A stretch of DNA of 28,523 nt from Meiothermus sp. (GTDB taxonomy: Bacteria > Deinococcota > Deinococci > Deinococcales > Thermaceae), in the NCBI GenBank assembly GCA_033762915.1, contig JANRLD010000012.1, forward strand, positions 1 through 28,523, read 5' to 3'. Of this stretch, positions 1 to 9,517 are shown piece by piece (the first letter of the stretch is position 1; every line of letters begins with the position of its first letter). Under the pieces are notes generated by a model. That model saw nothing but the letters and a program-made list of their open reading frames with translations, did no database searches and was not told the DNA's origin. The translations under genes were made by a program, and so were the position numbers.

Positions 1-15
1 GAAAGGGGTGGAACT

Positions 16-54
16 CTTAGAAGGCGGCTGCTCTATCCGCTGAGCTACCGGTGC
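16..54 (-). tRNA. Truncated tRNA-Arg(UCU): 5' half only, ending at the anticodon loop (probable att-site remnant)
   Basis: Minus strand reads GCACCGG TA GCTC AGCGGATA GAGC A GCCGC CTTCTAA G: acceptor 5' strand, D-arm, anticodon stem 5' strand and loop with TCT. The following AGTTCCACCCCTTTC cannot complete the anticodon stem. Confidence 0.85.
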
Positions 55-214
55 AAGCCTCGTGTTGGACTGCGCTTCTCGCTTTTTGGGTTTTGACCCA
101 GGGAGAGAATTCCTGAGTTAATCCCTAAGTAGCTTTTTGCCAGCAGGGGGCGAAACACAGCCGACATAGTTTAGCAAAACTCAGGCGCTGTGTCTCTGGT
201 TGGGCGGATAGCCC

Positions 215-411
215 CTCGGACACCACCTCGAGTGGTACGCCCTTGGAAAGCATGACCGACCCGTAGGTGCGCCGCAGGTCGTGACAGCGGAAGTAGGTCA
301 GGCCGTGCTGAGCCACCATGCGCAGTAGGGCGGTGTTGGGGCTGATGGGTGGAAGGGCTTGCTACTGGCCATATCCCCGAAGACATAAGTGGGGCCGATC
401 TGTTCAGCCGT
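215..411 (-). pseudogene. Tyrosine recombinase/integrase C-terminal fragment, frameshifted and truncated
   Basis: Two frames join across a C run at about 338-341 to give AEQIGPTYVFGDMASSKPFHPSAP/NTALLRMVAQHGLTYFRCHDLRRTYGSVMLSKGVPLEVVSE. This contains the H-x-L-R box, but LGH and the catalytic Tyr are missing. Confidence 0.8.
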
Positions 412-412
412 T

Positions 413-1699
413 CTATCGCTCGGAATGTCCAATATCGGGGGCGCTTCCTAGGAAGTCGCTGGGTGTTTCGAGGCTCAACCCAGGTGCAATCAACTTTGTG
501 CCGCGATTCCGATAAGCTTCGGAGGTCACTTGGCCCTGGTTGTTCAACACAGGATCGGCCTTCAGGTTCTCGCTACCTATTTCCGGCAACGAGTTCCACC
601 AACCATTGTGCGAGAACACATGCTCACGACCAGGATTGATGGTTTTGTTGATAAGCACGCTTGAGTTACTGAAGAGGTTGTTGCGCACATAGATGCTATA
701 AAACTTCGATAGGTCGTGAGTGAATTCAATGGATGTATTCATAAACATGTTGTTGAAAACCACCCAACGATTGCCTGGATCATCGATGCCCTGATCGTTA
801 TTGTTGCTCTGGAACAAGGCCGTACCAGGGCCAGTGAACACATTACGGTAAATCAGGTAACTCAGGTTTTTCGACGGTGAACCCGTGTATGGATTCGTAC
901 TGCCTTCGTCCTCGTTGTTGTTGTTGATCATGTAGGCGTTCTGGAAACGGCAATTGCGAATCGTGATGTGACCTCTGCGCATGCTGATCGACCAGCCGTT
1001 CTTGTTGTCAAAGAATTGCACACCATCGAACAGATGTCCGTGCCCGCCAGAGGCATACACGCCATGCACGCTCCAGCCTGGCGGGACATTCCCTGTATTT
1101 TTGATAGCCCCACCAATGAATGAAAAACGGTCACCTGCCGCATCGTTCAGCAGAACACCATCGGTGCGGGTGGCTTCGATGATCGTGTCTTTGAAGGTAA
1201 TGTCGCTGTGGGTTGCTCCGCTGATAACGACACCCTCGCGTAGATCATGCAAGTACAGATTCTCGAAAAGAATGTGTTGCACTGGGTTCTGGCCGTTGGG
1301 TGTCGTTCTGACCCCTTTGGCATACAGTGCGGGATTGGTGATCTCGAGATTGCGAAAGATTACATGCTTAGCGTTGCTCAGCTCAATACCGAGCAAACGG
1401 GCACGACCGCTCGAGGGGCCGGTGATGATAATGGGTTGTTGAGGTGTGCCATACCCTGGGTTCCCCAGAATCGCGTCGGTCAGAATGCCCTCGAGCTGCA
1501 CCCGATCACCGGGTTGAAACGTCATCAAGTTGACCTTGGCGATGGTCTTCCAAGGGCGTTCTGGCGCGAGACCATCGTTGTTATCTGAACCATTTGAGGT
1601 AACGTAAAAGGTTCTCGGGCCAGTGTTGGTGGGTGAGGAAGCTATCAAGGAAAGACAGCTCGGGAGTAATAACAGCAGAAATAAACAAAAGTGTTTCAA
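413..1699 (-). CDS. Secreted right-handed parallel beta-helix (pectin-lyase-like fold) protein
   Basis: GGAGG followed by a TTG start at 1699; hydrophobic signal peptide (MKHFCLFLLLLLPSC); N-terminal FYVTSNGSDNNDGLAPERPWKTI motif; Asn-rich beta-helix repeats; C-terminal APDIG motif; visibly lower GC than its neighbours. Confidence 0.8.
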   Translation of the reverse strand: MKHFCLFLLLLLPSCLSLIASSPTNTGPRTFYVTSNGSDNNDGLAPERPWKTIAKVNLMTFQPGDRVQLEGILTDAILGNPGYGTPQQPIIITGPSSGRARLLGIELSNAKHVIFRNLEITNPALYAKGVRTTPNGQNPVQHILFENLYLHDLREGVVISGATHSDITFKDTIIEATRTDGVLLNDAAGDRFSFIGGAIKNTGNVPPGWSVHGVYASGGHGHLFDGVQFFDNKNGWSISMRRGHITIRNCRFQNAYMINNNNEDEGSTNPYTGSPSKNLSYLIYRNVFTGPGTALFQSNNNDQGIDDPGNRWVVFNNMFMNTSIEFTHDLSKFYSIYVRNNLFSNSSVLINKTINPGREHVFSHNGWWNSLPEIGSENLKADPVLNNQGQVTSEAYRNRGTKLIAPGLSLETPSDFLGSAPDIGHSER

Positions 1700-1799
1700 A
1701 GCAAAGACCTCCCTCGATAGTATGTTAACTGATGAAGGTGGAAACGTTGCTTGGTCAGTTTGAACAACTGCTCGATAGCCTGCATAACTGCAAGCCCTC

Positions 1800-1916
1800 A
1801 GAGCGGTTCCCACGAACACTCGGTAGGGCGGTTTTTGCCGTACCGAGTGCAATACTGCGCTAAAGCATGCTTTAGCGCAGCACCGTGGGCCCAATATTGG
1901 TGGGAAGCGCGATCAG
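1800..1916. repeat. Dispersed structured repeat (REP/MITE-like), copy A
   Basis: Terminal inverted repeat GCGGTTCCCAC/GTGGGAAGCGC; inner stem CACTCGGTA/TACCGAGTG; near-identical over about 60 nt to the copy at 24649. Confidence 0.8.
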
Positions 1917-1924
1917 ATGGCAAA

Positions 1925-2674
1925 CTATTGGGCAGTGTTGCCACCATCAACCAGTAGGGTAGTCCCAGTTACGAAGCTCGAGTCGTCCGAGGCCAGGAAC
2001 AACACCGCCTTGGCAATCTCCTCAGGGGTGCCGACCCGCTGCATGGGCAGGGCTCTGGCCATCTTCTCCACCACCGCATCGAGGCCCCCCTCGATGCGGT
2101 AGTTGGGGGAGGCCCAACGCTCCACCTGGGTGTCGCCGGGGCAGACCGCATTGACCCGGATGCCCTCGTGGGCGTGGTCGAGGGCCATCGCCTTGGTGAG
2201 TTGGACGACCGCACCCTTGGTGGCGCAGTAGGCGGCCACCCGGCGGCCCGCCACCACCCCGAAGTCGGAGGCGTTGTTCACGATCGCCCCGCCGCCCTGA
2301 GATCGCATCAGCGGCAGGACCAGCCTGGACATCCGCCAGACCCCCGTGACATTAAGGTTCATCACCTCTGCCCAGACCTCCTCGCTGGTCTCCTCAGCGG
2401 TCCCGCCCGGGACGATGCCCGCGTTGTTGAAGAGGATGTCCATGCGGCCCAAGTGCCGGAGGGCCGCGTCTACGGCATGCTGGCAGCCCTCGAGGGTGGC
2501 GTGATCGGCCTGGACGAAAACCGCCCCGGTCTCCTCGGCCAGTTGTCGGCCCTGCTCGAGCCTTCTGCCGGTAAAGACGACCCGGGCCCCCTCCCGCCGG
2601 AATAGCCGAACCGTCTCCGCCCCGATGCCCGAGGTTCCGCCGGTGATGAGGGCGGTTTTGTCGTGTAAACGCAT
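1925..2674 (-). CDS. SDR family NAD(P)-dependent oxidoreductase
   Basis: TGGTSGIG, NNAG, YCATK and NAVCPG motifs; ATG at 2674 with TAGCCT 7 nt upstream (leaderless). Confidence 0.93.
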   Translation of the reverse strand: MRLHDKTALITGGTSGIGAETVRLFRREGARVVFTGRRLEQGRQLAEETGAVFVQADHATLEGCQHAVDAALRHLGRMDILFNNAGIVPGGTAEETSEEVWAEVMNLNVTGVWRMSRLVLPLMRSQGGGAIVNNASDFGVVAGRRVAAYCATKGAVVQLTKAMALDHAHEGIRVNAVCPGDTQVERWASPNYRIEGGLDAVVEKMARALPMQRVGTPEEIAKAVLFLASDDSSFVTGTTLLVDGGNTAQ

Positions 2675-2813
2675 GGGCCTTAGGCTACTGCGGATTGTGG
2701 GTGGCGTACAGCCACAGGCGCGTGCGGTTGGGAACACGCATGGCCAAGGCGGTTTTGGCCGCACGCAATACGCTGTCTGCCCTCGCTCACAAGGCAACCG
2801 CGGAGTCAGGTCA

Positions 2814-2907
2814 ATCCCCCCTACCCCCCTTCTTAAGGGGGGCAAATGCGGAACACGGGCTAGAACTGGCCCCCTTAACAAGGGGGCTCCCCAAAGGGGT
2901 GGGGGAT
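2814..2907. repeat. CCCCCTT-N-AAGGGGG double-hairpin intergenic repeat
   Basis: ATCCCCC...CCCCCCTTCTTAAGGGGGG...GCCCCCTTAACAAGGGGGC...GGGGGAT: two hairpins inside an outer inverted repeat. Confidence 0.7.
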
Positions 2908-3002
2908 CGCCTTCGACGTTCGCCGCTCTCATCCAACTCAGGGCGCAAACCCCCGGCATGAGCTAAGATGGTCGGGGCGTTTTACCGCCACGGAGCTTAT
3001 TC

Positions 3003-3896
3003 ATGAGTGAACACAACCCCTCCCCCTTGGGCGGAAGCGCGGCGCTCGAGGGCGTGATGATGAAGGCCGCCGACGGCTGGGGCCTGGCGGTGCGGCTGCC
3101 CGACGGCACCATCCACGCCGAGCGACACGAGGAAGTGGCCCTGACCAAGAAGTACCCCTGGGCCAGGCTGCCCCTGATCCGGGGCGTTTTCGCCCTGTGG
3201 GACGCGCTATCGGTGTCGTACAAGTCGCTCTCGCGCAGCGGCGAACTGGCGGGCCAGGAAGAGGAGAAGATGTCCACCGGGGCCATCTTCGGCACCTTCG
3301 GGGTCTCGCTGCTGCTGGGCATCTTCATCTTCGTCTGGCTTCCGGCCCGGCTGGTGGGGTTCTTCATAGACGGCGAGCAAAACCGCTTCCTCTTCTACTT
3401 CGCCACCGGCATCGTGGAGGCCATCATCCTGGTGCTCTACCTGCTGGCCATCGGGCAGATGAAGGACATGCAGCGCTTCTTCATGTACCACGGGGCCGAG
3501 CACAAGGCCATCGCGGCCCACGAGCGCGGCCTCGAGCTCACCGTGGAGAACGTTCGGGCCATGCCCGCCTACCACCCCCGCTGCGGCACCAGCTTCATCG
3601 CCTTCACCACCGTGGTGGGGATTCTGGTCTACAGCTTCGTGCCGCCGCTCACGGTCGCCTGGTACTACCTCTTCCCGCGCCTGCTGCTGATTCCCGTGGT
3701 CGCGGCGCTCTCCTTCGAGTTGCTGCGCTTCTCGGCGGTGCACAACGACCCCGTCTCGAAGGCCCTGCGCTGGATCGGCTTTAAGTTTCAGATGCTCACC
3801 GTCAAGGAGCCCACCGACGACATGATCGAGGTAGCGATTGCCTCGACCAAGCAGGCCCTGAACCAGCAACCAGAAAAGCCGGTGGCGGTGGCGTGA
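3003..3896 (+). CDS. DUF1385 family membrane protein (putative metal-dependent enzyme)
   Basis: GGSAALEGVMM, YHGAEHK, HPRCGTSF and LTVKEP motifs; several TM segments; GGAG RBS. Confidence 0.9.
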   Translation: MSEHNPSPLGGSAALEGVMMKAADGWGLAVRLPDGTIHAERHEEVALTKKYPWARLPLIRGVFALWDALSVSYKSLSRSGELAGQEEEKMSTGAIFGTFGVSLLLGIFIFVWLPARLVGFFIDGEQNRFLFYFATGIVEAIILVLYLLAIGQMKDMQRFFMYHGAEHKAIAAHERGLELTVENVRAMPAYHPRCGTSFIAFTTVVGILVYSFVPPLTVAWYYLFPRLLLIPVVAALSFELLRFSAVHNDPVSKALRWIGFKFQMLTVKEPTDDMIEVAIASTKQALNQQPEKPVAVA

Positions 3897-3921
3897 TTGG
3901 CGAAGGCCCGGGTCTTCGGGG

Positions 3922-5190
3922 TCAAAGCCGTTCAAATACGGTGGCCTCGCCCTGGCCGACGCCCACGCAGAGGGTGGTAAGGCCGTAGCGGGCGCGTTCG
4001 CCCCGGTCGGTGCGGCGGTGAAGCTCGTGGATCAGGGCCGTGGCGATGCGTGCGCCAGAGCTGCCCAGGGGGTGGCCCAACGCGATGGCCCCGCCGTTGA
4101 CGTTGGTGATGGCCTCGGGAATCTCCAGCTCACGCAGCACCGCGATCGCCTGGGCGGCGAAGGCCTCGTTCAGCTCCACCAGGTCGAGCTGATCCTGGGC
4201 TACTCCCGTTCGCCTTAAGGCTTTGCGGGTGGCCTCGACGGGGCCAAGGCCCATCACCCTGGGGTCGACCCCCGCGACCGCCGAGCCGACCCAGCGGGCC
4301 AGGGGCTTCAGGCCCAGCTCGAGGGCCTTCCTGTCCGACATCAGCACCAGGGCCGCCGCGCCGTCGTTGAGGCCCGAGGAGTTGCCGGCCGTCACGCTGC
4401 CGCCCTTGCGGAAGGCCGGCCTGAGCTGGCTGAGCTGCTCCATGCTGGTGGAGAGTTCGAAGCCCTGCTCGGTCCGGGCGTAGCGGGGAAACTCGTCGGT
4501 GTCGAAGAGGGTGAAAGCGCCTTTTCGGCCGGGGATCGGGACGGGCACGATCTGGCCTTTGAAGTGGCCCTGCTGCAGCGCACCGACCGCTCGAGCCTGG
4601 CTCTGCAGGGCGAAGCGGTCCTGGTCTTCCCGGGTGATCTCGCCGCCCCTGATCTCGCCCCGACGGCTCATCTCCACGATGTTCTCGGCGGTCTCGCCCA
4701 TGGCCTCGAGGGGGAACAGTGCCTCCATCGCGGGGTTGGGGAAGCGCCAGCCCAGCGTGGTGTCGTAGCCGGTGATGTTGCCCGAGGGGCCGAAGGGCTG
4801 GGCGTTCTTGGCGAAGACGTAGGGCGCCCTGGTCATGCTCTCCACCCCGCCCGCCACATAGACCTCGCCCTCGCCGGAACGTATGGCCCGGGCGGCCTGG
4901 TTGACCGCAGAGAGCCCGCTGGCACACAGCCGGTTGACGGTCACGCCTGCGACGGAGTGGGGCAACCCGGCCAGGAGTGCGCCCATCCGGGCCACGTTGC
5001 GGTTGTCCTCCCCGGCCTGATTGGCGCAGCCGAAGAAGACCTCCTCGACCTCCCCGCCCTCAACCCCGGCCCGCTCGAGGGCTGCCTTGATCACCAGCCC
5101 CGCGAGGTCGTCGGGGCGGACGCCGGACAGGGAGCCGCGTATCTGGCCGATGGCGGTGCGCACCGCGCTGACGATCACCACTTCGTTCAT
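3922..5190 (-). CDS. Thiolase (acetyl-CoA C-acyltransferase, PcaF/PaaJ-like)
   Basis: NRLCASG (catalytic Cys), [25 protein letters not shown] and LCVGVGQG motifs. Confidence 0.93.
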   Translation of the reverse strand: MNEVVIVSAVRTAIGQIRGSLSGVRPDDLAGLVIKAALERAGVEGGEVEEVFFGCANQAGEDNRNVARMGALLAGLPHSVAGVTVNRLCASGLSAVNQAARAIRSGEGEVYVAGGVESMTRAPYVFAKNAQPFGPSGNITGYDTTLGWRFPNPAMEALFPLEAMGETAENIVEMSRRGEIRGGEITREDQDRFALQSQARAVGALQQGHFKGQIVPVPIPGRKGAFTLFDTDEFPRYARTEQGFELSTSMEQLSQLRPAFRKGGSVTAGNSSGLNDGAAALVLMSDRKALELGLKPLARWVGSAVAGVDPRVMGLGPVEATRKALRRTGVAQDQLDLVELNEAFAAQAIAVLRELEIPEAITNVNGGAIALGHPLGSSGARIATALIHELHRRTDRGERARYGLTTLCVGVGQGEATVFERL

Positions 5191-5291
5191 GCAAGACCCT
5201 TTCTTTCCGGCTCGAGCCGGGCTGGCTTTACCCCCACAGACGCCCCAGTCTATCCCAAGCCCTGGGGCCTGTTTGGCGTTAGAGTAACGCT

Positions 5292-6623
5292 GTGTCCACA
5301 GTTTTGCTGACCCGCAGCGGCGACCTAGACCTCGAGGACTCCAAACAGCACTTTCGCTTCACCTTCGACTGCCCGCCGGGGGTGGGGGCGCTGCGGGTGA
5401 CCTTCGGGTTCGAGGTCTGGAAGGTGGGCTCGCTGCTCAACATGATTAACCTGAGCCTCTACGACCCCCAGGGTTTTCGCGGGGCGGGGCACCGCCACGG
5501 ACAGCAGCATCAGGTCGTGCTGGGCGAGCCGGGGGCCACGCCGGGGTACACGGCCGGGCCGCTGCCGCCGGGCCGCTGGGAGGTGGTGGTGCACACCCAC
5601 ATGGTGCTGTGCCCCACCCCCTACACCCTCGAGGTGGAAGCACTGGAGCGCTACCCCATACCGGCCCCACCGCTCACGGTGCTGCCGCCGCACCCGCCCT
5701 CGGCAGGGCCCTGGCTGAAGGGCGACTTTCACTGCCACAGTGTGCACTCCGACGCCCGCTGGACGACCCTCGAGCTGGCCCAGGCGGCCCAGGCCGAGGG
5801 GCTGGACTTCGTGGCCCTGACCGATCACAACACCCGCAGCGGCACCTCCGAACTCCAGGCCCAGGCCCCGGGCCTGGTAGTGCTCCAGGGCGAGGAGCTG
5901 ACCACCTACTACGGCCACGCGCTGGTGCTGGGACTGGGCCGGATGAGCGACTGGACCGGTCTGCGGCCCCACAGCGGGGTCGGCCAGCTGGCCGCCCAGG
6001 TCGCTCAGGCGGGCGGGGTGCTGGTGGTGGCCCACCCGCTGGCAGTGGGCGACCCGGTGTGCACCGGCTGCACCTGGACGTACTTCGACTACCGCCCCGA
6101 GCAGGCCAGCCACTTCGAGGTCTGGAACAGCCAGTGGAGCGGGCGCAGCAACAACGAGTCGGCACTGGGGCTGTGGTATCACTTCCTGGCGCAGGGCCGA
6201 CGCATCGTCGCGGCGGCAGGGACCGACGCCCACGGGATGAGCTACCACCCCGAGCACAGCTTCACCTTTGTGCGGGCCGAGCGGGACCCGAAGAGCATCC
6301 TGAGCGCGCTTAAGGCGGGGCGAAGCTACCTTAGCCGGGGTCTGCGTCTGGGGTTGACGCTTTGGTCGGCTCAGGGCGAGGTTCAAATTGGCGACACGGT
6401 TGCGCCACAACCCCTCGAGGCGCACCTCCAGGGCGCCGAGCTTGCGGCTCCGCTCGAGCTAATCAGCGTGGTGGACGGGCAGCGCACCACCCGCACATGG
6501 TCGGGCGAGGCCCTGAAGTTTGAGGTGCGGCCCTCGAGCTGGTGGAACCTCGAGCTGCGCCGGGCACAAGACGGTATGCTGGAACTCCTCACCAATCCGG
6601 TCTGGGTGGAAAGGAACCTATGA
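5292..6623 (+). CDS. CehA/McbA-type PHP-domain metallohydrolase
   Basis: [22 protein letters not shown] and GTDAH metal-binding motifs; GTG start with TAGAGT 6 nt upstream. Confidence 0.85.
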   Translation: MSTVLLTRSGDLDLEDSKQHFRFTFDCPPGVGALRVTFGFEVWKVGSLLNMINLSLYDPQGFRGAGHRHGQQHQVVLGEPGATPGYTAGPLPPGRWEVVVHTHMVLCPTPYTLEVEALERYPIPAPPLTVLPPHPPSAGPWLKGDFHCHSVHSDARWTTLELAQAAQAEGLDFVALTDHNTRSGTSELQAQAPGLVVLQGEELTTYYGHALVLGLGRMSDWTGLRPHSGVGQLAAQVAQAGGVLVVAHPLAVGDPVCTGCTWTYFDYRPEQASHFEVWNSQWSGRSNNESALGLWYHFLAQGRRIVAAAGTDAHGMSYHPEHSFTFVRAERDPKSILSALKAGRSYLSRGLRLGLTLWSAQGEVQIGDTVAPQPLEAHLQGAELAAPLELISVVDGQRTTRTWSGEALKFEVRPSSWWNLELRRAQDGMLELLTNPVWVERNL

Positions 6624-7678
6624 GCGTGCTACGGGTCGGTCTGATTGGTCTGGGCGAGGTGGCCCAGGTGATGCACCTGCCGCTGTTAAGCGAGCTATCC
6701 CAGCAGTACAAGGTCCAGGGTATTTTCGACATCTCGCCCAGCCTGATGGCCCACGTGGCCCAGCGCTACGGCGTGCCGCAGGTCTTCTCGAGCGCCGAGG
6801 CCCTGACCGACTCCAGCGACATAGACCTGATCTTCATCCTCTCGCCCGACCACCTGCACCGGCCCCACCTGCTGCGTGCTCTGCAAACGGGCAAGCCGGT
6901 TTTTGTCGAGAAGCCGCTCTGCCTCAACACCGCTGAGGTGGCCGAGATCCTGGCCGCCCCGGTGCGCTCCACCGCGATGGTGGGCTACATGCGCCGCTAC
7001 GCCCAGGGCTTCCTCCGGCTCAAGGAACTGCTGGGGCAGGCCGACCCCATCCAGCACGTCCACATCCGCGACGTGATCTGCGAGGGGCCGTACTTCCTGC
7101 GCCAGACCAACAGCGTCTTCTACCCCAAGGACTTGCCCGAAGAGCTGCTCCATCAGGGCCGGGCCCTCACTCGAGGGCTGGTGGCCAGGGGCGCCGGCAC
7201 CGAAGACCCAGTCAAGACCAAGGCCTATCAGGTCCTGACCGGCCTCGGCGTGCATAGCCTCTCGGCCATGCGCGAGTTGCTGGGCTACCCCGAGCGCGTC
7301 GCCTTTTCGGCCATTCAGAAGGGCGGGGAGTGCATCGTGGTGGTCTTCGGGTACGCAGGCTTCAACGTGGTCTACGAGGCATTGATCGACAACGTGGCGC
7401 GCTTCGACGCTGGCATAGAGGTCTTCACCGACCGCGCCCTCTACGCCCTGAAGTACCAGTCGCCCTACGTCCGCAACCTCCCCACCCGCCTCCACGTCAC
7501 CACCTCCACCGACCACGACACCCAGACCCTCGAGTACGGCCCCTACTACCAAGACCCCTTCCGCAGCGAGCTGCACTACCTCCATGACTGCGTCGTGCAG
7601 GGTCGCCCGCCCAAAACGAGCCTGGCCGATGCTGCCGAGGACATCCGGCTGATCGAGGAGATTGCGCGGACGTGGTGA
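6620..7678 (+). CDS. Gfo/Idh/MocA family oxidoreductase (inositol 2-dehydrogenase-like)
   Basis: GLIGLG Rossmann motif, EKP, VGYMRRY; ATGA overlap with the upstream stop and an AAGGA RBS. Confidence 0.9.
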   Translation: MSVLRVGLIGLGEVAQVMHLPLLSELSQQYKVQGIFDISPSLMAHVAQRYGVPQVFSSAEALTDSSDIDLIFILSPDHLHRPHLLRALQTGKPVFVEKPLCLNTAEVAEILAAPVRSTAMVGYMRRYAQGFLRLKELLGQADPIQHVHIRDVICEGPYFLRQTNSVFYPKDLPEELLHQGRALTRGLVARGAGTEDPVKTKAYQVLTGLGVHSLSAMRELLGYPERVAFSAIQKGGECIVVVFGYAGFNVVYEALIDNVARFDAGIEVFTDRALYALKYQSPYVRNLPTRLHVTTSTDHDTQTLEYGPYYQDPFRSELHYLHDCVVQGRPPKTSLADAAEDIRLIEEIARTW

Positions 7679-7819
7679 GGGAGAGCCAGAATCCGAGCCG
7701 GAAGGACGGAAGCCAAGGGCCCAAGCATGCCCTAAGTGGGCGACCCAAGGGGGACGGCAGTATGGGGCAGCCCCGGAGGACATCGGGATGTATCAAGCAC
7801 AGACTTTGGAGGGGCCACG

Positions 7820-8695
7820 ATGGCTGAGATTTGTATCGGCGGGGCACCGGCTTCTTGGGGAATCTTTTGGCCGCACAACCGGGAGTTGTTCGCCCCTGAG
7901 GTCTACGCCGCCCAACTCAGGGATGCCGGATACCGCTACACCGAGCTGGGGCCGCTGGGCTACTTCCCCACCGACCCCACCCAGCTGAGGGAGTTTTTGG
8001 GTCGACACGACCTAACGCTGTGTGGAGCCGCCCATGTGCACACCCTGTCGGACTTCAGCAGCTACGGGGTACTCGAGGAGAAAACCCGCACCATCTGCTC
8101 CCTGCTCCAACAGAGTTCGGCCCGATACTTCGTGCTGATGGACGAGTCGGAGCATTATCCCAACCTGGCTGCCCAGCGCTTAGGGCCGGAGGATTGGGCC
8201 GGGCTGGTGCGCGATGTGCGCCGCATCGGAGAGCTGGTCAGCCGGGAGTACGGGCTGAGCTTTCTGTTTCACTCACACATCGGCACGGCGGTGCAGACCA
8301 AGGACGAGATCGAGCGGCTGCTCGAGGCCGTGCCCGCCGAGCACATGGGCCTCTGCTTCGACACTGCCCACTACGCCTTCTGGGAGGACGACACCCTCGA
8401 GGCCCTGAAGGCCTGGCGGGACCGCATTCCCTACATCCACCTCAAGAACCTGAACATGGGGATCGCCCGCCAAACCCGCGCGGGTGGCCTCAGCACCGAG
8501 GAGGCCTTCGCGCGGGGGGTGATGCAGAGCCTGGGCGAAGGCGACCTCGACATCGCCGAAATCGTGGGGTACCTAAGGGGCAGCCGGTACAGTGGCTACC
8601 TGGTGATTGAGGAGGATTACGTGCCCGCCAAGCCTCAAACCCCCTTCGAGCTGGCCCGGCAAAACCGGGCCTACCTGGCCGAGTTGTTGGGGTAG
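7820..8695 (+). CDS. Sugar phosphate isomerase/epimerase TIM barrel, IolE (inosose dehydratase)-like
   Basis: APASWG, ELGPLGYFP, FHSHIGT, DTAH, HLK and VIEED motifs; GGAGG RBS. Confidence 0.8.
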   Translation: MAEICIGGAPASWGIFWPHNRELFAPEVYAAQLRDAGYRYTELGPLGYFPTDPTQLREFLGRHDLTLCGAAHVHTLSDFSSYGVLEEKTRTICSLLQQSSARYFVLMDESEHYPNLAAQRLGPEDWAGLVRDVRRIGELVSREYGLSFLFHSHIGTAVQTKDEIERLLEAVPAEHMGLCFDTAHYAFWEDDTLEALKAWRDRIPYIHLKNLNMGIARQTRAGGLSTEEAFARGVMQSLGEGDLDIAEIVGYLRGSRYSGYLVIEEDYVPAKPQTPFELARQNRAYLAELLG

Positions 8696-8740
8696 GGCCT
8701 GGGGCGGCGGCCAGAACGGCTGGGCTGGCCCTTCCTCACA

Positions 8741-8834
8741 GCAGTTCCCACGAATACCACGCACGCAGAGACTCGGATGTGCGGGGTACGTTGCGCCTCA
8801 CCGCGTGAGGCGCAATGGTGAGAAACGCGATCAG
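8741..8834. repeat. Dispersed structured repeat, copy C (between convergent genes)
   Basis: GCAGTTCCCACGAA...GGTGAGAAACGCGATCAG ends match copy A; inner stems TACCACGCAC/GTGCGGGGTA and perfect TTGCGCCTCAC/GTGAGGCGCAA. Confidence 0.75.
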
Positions 8835-9517
8835 AGCCCGCACAGCATGTCCACGTCGTTGCTGGTGACGCCGTCCGCGCCTAGCTCGAGCAGCCGCCTC
8901 GCGACCTCCGGCTCGTCCACCGTCCAGGCCAGCACCCGCGTGCCGTGCCGGTGGGCCTGTTCCACAAACTTGGGGCCGACCATCCGCCAGTGCACGGTCA
9001 CCGCGTCCCAGCGGGCGAAGTCGATGCGCTCGAGCGGTTCCGGGGTCAGCGAGACGCTCACCTGGGGGAGCCGGTCACGCAGGTGGGCCAGGGTAGCCTT
9101 GTAGCCGCCGCACACACACACGTCGAAAAAGTTCAGGCGCTCGAAGCAGTCCATCAGGGGCAGCTCGAGGCCCGCCGCCTTGAGATCTACCATTAGGCCA
9201 GCCTTGCCCCGCACCAGCTCGATGGCCTCCTCGAGGGTTGCCAGGGTCCCTTGGTCGGGCAGCGCCCTGAGCTGGGCCAGGGTCAGGGCACCGATCGCAT
9301 GGGCCTTGCCGCCCGCCCGGATGGTCTCGTCGTGCCACAGTACCAGGCGCCCGTCCCGGCTCAGGTGAACGTCTATCTCCACCAGGTCCACCGGGAAGCC
9401 CGCCGCTATGCGGATGGACTCGGCGGAGTTGTCGGGGGCGTAGCGGGGGGCACCCCGGTGGGCGGTGCGCAGCCAGCCGCGCCGGCGCAGGCGCTCCTCG
9501 ACGAACTCACTGGGCAC
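8831..9517 (-). CDS. Glycerophosphodiester phosphodiesterase
   Basis: AHRG, EIDVH, HD, DLK, WTVD and GADGVTSN motifs. Confidence 0.9.
   Translation of the reverse strand: MPSEFVEERLRRRGWLRTAHRGAPRYAPDNSAESIRIAAGFPVDLVEIDVHLSRDGRLVLWHDETIRAGGKAHAIGALTLAQLRALPDQGTLATLEEAIELVRGKAGLMVDLKAAGLELPLMDCFERLNFFDVCVCGGYKATLAHLRDRLPQVSVSLTPEPLERIDFARWDAVTVHWRMVGPKFVEQAHRHGTRVLAWTVDEPEVARRLLELGADGVTSNDVDMLCGL

Noticed and set aside
1..23. Group I intron in the tRNA anticodon loop
   Set aside because: tRNA identity continues past the anticodon through the loop, and the 15 visible downstream nt offer no P1 guide pairing. An att junction fits better, though the window edge limits certainty.
1700..2959. Extended N-termini of ORFs 413..1894 and 1925..2959
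   Set aside because: The extensions translate repeat elements; better starts are 1699 (RBS) and 2674 (leaderless -10). Similar over-extension affects the track starts at 6542, 7736, 17693, 22545 and 27361.
5325..7783. Minus-strand ORFs of 366 aa and 362 aa, and similar shadows such as 19505-20860 and 22577-23371
   Set aside because: They overlap well-supported genes on the opposite strand and show no domain signal.
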